The position numbers and the translations under genes were made by a program. A stretch of 64,000 bases of DNA from an uncultured Planctomycetota bacterium (GTDB lineage Bacteria > Planctomycetota > Planctomycetia > Isosphaerales > Isosphaeraceae): positions 416,001-480,000 of the forward strand of contig CAWJTV010000005.1 in NCBI GenBank assembly GCA_963845755.1, in the 5' to 3' direction. Shown piece by piece: positions 57,001 through 64,000 of the stretch (within the stretch, counting starts at the first letter, position 1; each line of letters starts with the position of its first letter). The notes under the pieces were generated by a model, which saw nothing but the letters and a program-made list of their open reading frames with translations, was not told where the DNA came from and did no database searches.

Positions 57001-60000
57001 TACAACGCCTTCGCCGACGGCACGCGGCTGTACCTGAGCTTGCCGGACGGCCGGCGCATCGGCTTCACCTTCGCCCCGCAGGCGCACGCCCAGACGGGCC
57101 TCACCTGGTACACCCCGGCCTACGTGGCCGACCCGGGCGTGTCTTACACCTTGACCTCGGCGGCCGGCGTACTCACGCGCGGCGGCAGCTCGTATTACGA
57201 CGTGACGACCGGCCGCGCCTACAACCCGGCGAGCTCCGTGTTCAGCGGCCCGGCCTACACCCTGACGGCTCCCGACGGCACGACCTACGACCTGGACGCC
57301 ACCGGCAAGGTCGTGGAGCAGATCACGCCGGCGGGCGAGCACCTGGATTACAGCGACAGCGGCATCACCGACGCCAGCGGGGACGCGGTCCACTTCCAGG
57401 AGGATGACCTGGGCCGGCTGTCGCGCATCACAGGGCCTGACGGCAGGCAGGTCGTCTACGGTTACGACGCGCTTGGCAACCTGATCTCGGTCCAGAACCT
57501 CGCGGCCGGCACGCAAGAGCGCTATGGTTACACCTCCGGTGGTGCCCACTTGCTGACCCTGGCCCTGAACGCGGCGGGCCAGCCGGGGTCGCTGATCCAG
57601 TACGGGGCCAGCCCGTCCGTCGCGCCGGTGACGGCCGATCTCGGCGGCGCCAGCCGCTTCCTCGAGCAGGACCAGGTCGGCACGGTCGCCGCCGGCGCGA
57701 CCGACCGTTATACGTTCGCCCTCCGCCCGGACGAGCTCGGGTCAACGGCTTCCGGCACGGTGCTCCTGGAGGTGAACGTGTCGTCCGCCGCGGGGAGCGA
57801 GCTCAACCCGGCAGTGCCGGTCATCGACGGCCTGACGCCGCTGGTCGAGCGGACGGCGCCCGGCGGCGCATTCGCCCTCTTCGCGATCGACGCCCCCGGG
57901 CTCCAGCTTCTGGAAATCGCCGGCGCCGGCGCGAACACCTCCGGCCCCTACACGCTGCACATGGCCGTGGCCGGAGACGTGGACGGCAACGGCTCCGTGG
58001 ACGGCCTGGATTCGGCCGTCATGACGGCCGCGCTGGGGACGCGTGCCGGCCAGCCCGGTTACATGGCCGACGCCGACGCCAACGACGACGGCGTCATCGA
58101 CGCTTCGGACCTCCAGATCCTGGCCGGCAACTTCGGCTTCCATGCCAACCAGCCGCCGGCCGCCATCTCGGGCTCGGCGACGACGCACGAGGATCTCCCG
58201 GTCAGCGTCCCGCTCGCCAGCCTGGCCACCGACCCCGAGGACGATCCGCTCACCTTCCGGATCACGGGCGTCATCCACGGCACGGCTGTGCTGAGCGGCG
58301 ACGGCCAGTCGGTCATCTTCACGCCATCGCCGAGCTTCAGCGGCACCGGCGGCTTCACGGTCGTCGCGGACGACGGACTGAACGTCTCCGGCCCGGCGAC
58401 GGTCACCGTCGCGGTCAGCTCGGCCCCGCTGGAGCAGATCGATGTCGCCACCCGCAACCCGCGCCTCCAGCCGGGCGATCACCTGGTGCTGGGGTTCACC
58501 GGCGACTTCGCCGACGCGCAGGGCGTGCCGTTGCCTGCCTCGTACCTGACGTTCGTCAATGGCAGCCCGGGCATCGCCGACCTGTCGGCCGCCGGATCGG
58601 TAACCGCCCTGGCCGTCGGGACAACGATCGTCCAGGTGTCGAGCCACGGCATCCTCGCCGCGACGGCCGTCAACGTCGGCACTCCGCTCCAGCGCGAATT
58701 CCAGCTCCTCCAGGCCTCCGGCCTGACCGTCGGGCCGGCGAACCAGTTCTTGCTCCCCGGCCCCGGGGCTAACCGCCAGTTGAGCGTCCAGTCACCGGAC
58801 GGCCTCGACCTCACGGCCGGCTCGTCGGGCACGCGGTATTTCGTCAGCAATCCGGCGGTGCTCCAGGTCAGCCCCGATGGCCTGATCACGGCGATGGGCA
58901 TCGGCAGCGCAACGGTCACGGTCATCGACGGGCCCGGGGAGACGGTCGTCCCGGTCCAGGTGGAGGCCCCGCAGCCCGGCCCGTTGTCGGTGGGACCGGC
59001 GGGATCCGTGGTCCAGGGCAGCGACAGCTCGCTGGTCGTCGTGCCACCGGGCGCCGTCGCGACCAGCACGCCGATCACCATCACGCCGCTGCAGCGGAGC
59101 GACCTGACGCTCCCCCTGGCCCAGCCGTTCCTCTTCGCCGCCGCCTTCCACCTGGACGTGGGCACCCAACCGCTGGCCAGTGCCGCCGAGCTCGTCATTC
59201 CCGTCCTCCCGGGCCTGTCGGCGGGGACCTCCGTCGTGTTCTTCCGCGCCGGCACCAGCCCGGACGCAACCGGCGCCGAGCGACCCGCCTGGTTCGAGGA
59301 CGAGACCGGCGTCATCGGCTCCGACGGCTTCGCCCGAACCGATGACGCCGCCTACATGACCGGAATCCGCGTCTCGGGTGATTACCTCGTCGCCTACGCG
59401 CCCGCCGGGTCAACGGGCCAGGTCGTCGCCCACTTCTCGCTCGACAATCCGGTGGCCGTCACCACGACCGGCTTTACCCTGGGCACCGCACTGCCGATCC
59501 AGGCAGATTCCGGCGCCGCGCTGCTGGCCGCCGGTCCGGTCGTGTCACAGGCGAGCCCGCCCAATGAGACCATCGCCATCCTGCAAGAACTGGACGCGGG
59601 ATTGCAGCCGTTCGGATTCGGCGGGATCTTGTTCATCCCGACCTTCAGCATGGTCGTGCCCGTTGGGAACCAGATCCTCACGATGCAAGAATTGTCCGTC
59701 AACAATCTGCCTCGGACGACCCCGACGAACGTCCGGATCACCGCCGCCGGCCCGGCCACGATCAGCGCCTCTTTCAATAACGCCGTCGTGGCCCCCGGCA
59801 GCCCGAGCGATCCTCCCCTGATCCAGTCGGTCAGCTTTCAGCTCGCGACCATCGCCGGCGTCCCCAATCAGCCGGTCGTCCAGCTCACGGGCCAGCGGTT
59901 CCAGTTCATCAACGAGGTGCCCGACGCGGTCATCTTCACCGAGGACAGCCCCAACGGCCAACCGCGCACCGTCGTCCAGACCCAGATCGAGTTCGACCCG

Positions 60001-63000
60001 GTCAATGGGGTGATCCTGGCCGTGGTGCCGAATCAGGTCGCCTTGGGCCTCTGCGACATCCAGGTACGTCGGCCGCGACTCCATCGCCGTGGGCAGCGGC
60101 GACGATCTGAGCAGCCCCGTACGGCTGCCCGCGACCGACCAGTACGTCTTCGGGGCATCGACGGACGATAACACGGTCCTCGTCATCAATCAGCAGACCC
60201 AGGCCTTGACGGCCAAGATCCCCGTGCCAGGCCAGCCGATGAGCACCGCGACGACCCCGGACGGGACGCGGGTCTACGTCACTCTCGTCACCAAGACTGG
60301 CCCCGCGGTCGCCGAGATCGATGCCCTGGCGCTGCAGCTCGTCGCCTTCATCCCGCTCGCCTTCTCAGGGGACGGTAGCAGCACACTCCCCTACCAGATC
60401 GCCGCGGATCACGGGGGGAATGACGCGTATATCTCGGACTCGCAGAGTGACACGATCTGGCAAGTCGATATCAATCCGAAGTCGCCGACCTACAACCACA
60501 ATGTGGCGGCCTTCTCGGTCGGCCCGGCCAATCAGGGCCTGCGCGGTCTGGCCGTCAACTTAGCCGACACGCGCCTCTTCGTGGCCGCACCGGAACGCAA
60601 CCTGAACGGGGATCTCCACATCGACAGCCCGGAAGGCGTCCTGGTTCTCAACATCGATCCCAAGAGTCCGCAGTATGGCCAGCAGTTGCCGGGGATGATC
60701 GCCGACCCGGTGAGCAGCTCGGGTGACCTCGAACCGTTCGGTATGACGGCCGCCATCGACCCGAACAGCCCGACCCCCGACCATGACGTGATCGTCGTCA
60801 CCGACCGGCAAGCGAACGCCTTCGGGCTGGCCGTCATCCACAATGCCGGTGAGAACAGCATCGACCAGATGACCGTCACCTACGTCCCCCTGGGCCTGGT
60901 CGATCCCGAGACCCAGCAGCCCGCGGGCCTGATCGATCCCACGACCAGGCAAGCCCTCCCGAATGCCGTCAACACGCTGGGTTTCAACAACGCCCAGGCC
61001 GTCGCGATCCTGCCGGCCAACGCACTGGCCGATCATCCCGGCAGCCCGGCCTATGCCTTCGTGACGGGAGAAAACTTCCTGGGAACGAGCCCGTCCACGA
61101 CCCCCGACAACGGGCTGGCCCAGGGGGTTCCCACGGGTCCCGACATCGCCATAGTGCGCAACCCCTTCGGCGACCCGAACGATCCCGACCTCACCAAGCG
61201 CGCCATGGTGGTGGCGGTCACGCGACCGATCCCCAACGACTCCCCCGATAACCTGGTCCTTTCCGCCGACGGTCAGTACCTCTACGTCGCCTACCAGAAT
61301 ACGGGGGCTGTCTTCGTCTACGATGTGGACGCCATGCTGGACGAGATCGAGAATCCGCTGAATTCCCCCTTCCTCACCGAGATGTCCGGCTCGCCGAGCT
61401 ACAACCCGACCAACCTGCTGAACACGCCCATCGATAACCTGCACGATGGTCAGCTCACCGACAATTCCGCCATCGACGTGAAAGCCGACTACCGGCTGGA
61501 CATCCCGTTCTATGGCCCACCTCTCTACCCCGAGGGCACGAAGGACCAGCCGGGCTACGTGGCAGCCTCTTCCACCGTATTCCGGAACATCAACGCCGGC
61601 GAGGCGCCCATCGCCACCGGCATCGCCGTCCCCGACCCGAAGAATCCCGGCGAGTACCTCAACCAGAGCACGGACAACCGCGGCCTGTCGATCCAGGTCG
61701 TGAAGGTCCAGCCGGCGCTCACCAGCAACAACGTCCGCATCACCAGCACAGTCAACCGCGTCACGAACAAGGTCAGCGTCCAGCCCGGCCTGTTCACCTT
61801 CGACATCAATGTCCCCGCGCTGCTCACGCTGAAGATCTTCGATCAGGGCGTGGACGAAGGACCGGCCCGCAACATCCTCGACCCGCTGGACCAGACCATG
61901 ACGCTCCCGCAGTTCGCGGACCTCGCGGTCGCCCGGGGGCAGTACCAGACCTACCTCTTCCCTGCCGACCTGTTCGCTCTGCCCGGCGTCTACACCTACG
62001 TCCTCACGGCCAAGGACAACGACGGCAATGTCCTCGCGACCAGCAGCGGCGAGATCGACCACGAGCTGAACGTAGTCGGCTCCTATCCGATCGGACACAC
62101 GATCGTCAACGGCGTGGACATCTGGGACGGCCACCTGACCATGTCCACCCAGGACGTCTTGATCCCCGGCCGCGGGCTCGACCTCGATTTCACCCGCAGC
62201 TACAGCAGTGCCGGCGATTCCAGCCAGGGACCCCTCGGCGCCGGCTGGACCGACAGCTACAACGTCCAGCTCATCCACGACGTCGCCGGCGGTACTCTCA
62301 CCGTCGTGGGCGGCGAGGGGAGCGGCAACGAATTCGACACCGAGACAATCCACCCGGCGCAAACCGCCCAGGAACTCGCCGTGGAGCAAGAATTGGCGCT
62401 GGAGTCGGGTGGATTCAGTGCGGGTTCCACCCCCGTTTTCTTCGACCCCCAGGTGGGGTACCATTCCCTGCTGGCCCAGTCCACGACCCCGCAGGGTCTG
62501 GCCTACGACTTCTTCACCAAGGCCGACATCCAGTACCACTTCGAGCTGGATCCCACCAACCCGAAGGGCAATACCTACCGGCTGCTCTGGATCCGCGACC
62601 CCAACGGCAACGAGATCAACCTGATCTACGACCCGAACGATCCCCGGATCGCCGGCCTGCCGGGCCTCGCGCTGAGGATCGAGGCCCAGGGTAACGAGGG
62701 CCCGGGGCTGCTGGACGCCGTCGTGGACTCGTCCGGCCGCGCCCTGGTGTTCCAGTACCGGCCCGCGGTGGCGGTCCAGCCCCAGTCCATCGCCAGCACC
62801 TACCGCATCGTCAGGCTGACGGGCTACGACAACGACCCCACTTCGGGCTCCAACGACCTCCTGGGCCTCGAGGTCGATTATGGCTACGACCAATACGGCA
62901 ACCTGACAAGCGTCACCAAGCTCCAGGTCCAGCCCGGCGGGGGAATCCTGCACAGCGACGTGGAGCACCAGGAGTACACCTACACCGATGGCAACGGCCC

Positions 63001-64000
63001 GCTCGGCCACAACATGACATCCTACACAGACCCCGACGGCTTCCAGGTCATCGCCGCCCTAGTCCCCGGCCAGATCAGCGACAACGATTTCCAGAAGGAC
63101 CCCTCTCACACCACGACCTACGTCTACTACCCCGGCCCAGGCCAACCTGGCGGCGGCTACGACCTGCCCATCCCGGGGATCAACCCCAGCACCGGCCTCC
63201 AGTACGATCCGCGCTTCGGCGTCGCGTCCAACGAGTTCGTCAAGGAGGTCATCCAGGGGACGGGAGCCACCGGTTCCAACCAGCCGGCAATCACCGATTT
63301 CTCCTACTACTTCAGCTCCGGTCTGAATCTCGACACCAGCAGTACCACGCCGACGACGCCCAACACCCGCGTGGTCACCGACCCGCGTCCCGGCGTCGCG
63401 CCGACCACCTACACCCTGGACATCTACGGGGCGACGACCAAGATCGACGAGCCGAACCTTTCCGACCCGACGCATCCCAAGGTCACAACAATGGTGTGGG
63501 CCATGGATCAGCCTGATGCCCAGGCCGTGCCCTCGCATGGGGGGCGCGATGTCGAGATGCTCTCCCAGACCGACGCCCTGGGTCGCACCACTTCGTACCG
63601 CTACGACGCGCTGGGCAACGTCATCCAGGAAACGATCGATACCAGCACCATCACGGACCCGACCATCCAGCCAGTGCGGGCCGTCAACGAAACGGACGCG
63701 CCCGTCACCGGCGGGTCGAGCGCATCGCAGATCATCACCCGCTACACCTACGACCCGCTCTTCAGCAAGATGACGAGCCAGACGGACGCCGATGGGAACA
63801 CGACCTTCTACATCCTCGACTCCCCCATCCCGCTCTCGGACGACACGGGCCTGATTCCCCAGTTCCCCAGGGGGGCTCAGCCGCCGAGCCCTACGGGCCG
63901 CATTACCGGCAACCTGCTGGCCACTATCGACGCCCGCGGTGAGATGGCTTCGTACACGTACGACAGCCTCGGCGACCTGCTGACCGTGACCGACCCGCGC
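42067..64000 (+). CDS. Giant exported CARDB/Ig/dockerin/RHS protein, 3' partial; seven frameshifts (near 48885, 54120, 54525, 54870, 56120, 56860, 60075)
   Basis: RLEWLEERLLLS export motif; each ORF break falls mid-repeat and resumes at once in another frame; the last frame (from about 60074) appears open to the window edge and is missing from the ORF track. Confidence 0.85.
42535..43269 (+). repeat. Identical 120-bp direct repeat inside the giant gene
   Basis: 42535-42654 equals 43150-43269; offset 615 bp, in frame; encodes VLDGRTLINPGAATWTAGTLYLSDGAVLENTGTLDDQAGA. Confidence 0.93.

Noticed and set aside
42358..63538. Long minus-strand ORFs opposite the giant gene (for example 48765-51404, 51450-53471, 60560-63010)
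   Set aside because: Antisense shadows of GC-rich coding sequence with no recognisable motifs; the + strand has coherent domains

Overview
GC-rich window that looks planctomycetal (LEPR-XLL export motif, ECF sigma plus kinase pair, planctomycete-type hypothetical genes). About 25 single-base frameshifts are spread through it, so many broken genes may be assembly errors. All family calls come from motifs read by eye, not database searches. There are five blocks. (1) 0.3-17.1 kb: catabolic genes, including sugar-acid dehydratases with Tat-like signals, an RraA-family protein, a GH53 galactanase and a PLP enzyme/cyclase/SDR/APC permease set. Two IS elements with resolved ends sit here: an IS4 inside a REP-like hairpin, and a two-ORF DDE element that splits a mannonate dehydratase gene. 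(2) 17.7-30.6 kb: a co-oriented, mobile-element-like island of about 20 mostly unknown genes (DUF1257, DUF2997, Ycf46-like AAA+ ATPase, sigma-like gene with a nonsense codon, DUF3150-like protein, sliding-clamp homolog, Zn-finger proteins). It has no integrase, capsid or conjugation genes. (3) 31-36.5 kb: stress/detoxification-type genes and an LRR protein. (4) 37.4-41.7 kb: ECF sigma factor with a membrane Ser/Thr kinase-WD40 protein. (5) 42.1 kb to the end: one giant exported protein (over 7,300 aa once frameshifts are joined) with CARDB, Ig, dockerin and RHS regions. The best candidates for new biology are the island, the giant double-RHS protein with its divergent ECF/kinase pair, and a recurrent TAACGTTA palindrome at gene boundaries. 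No rRNA, tRNA or CRISPR array was seen.
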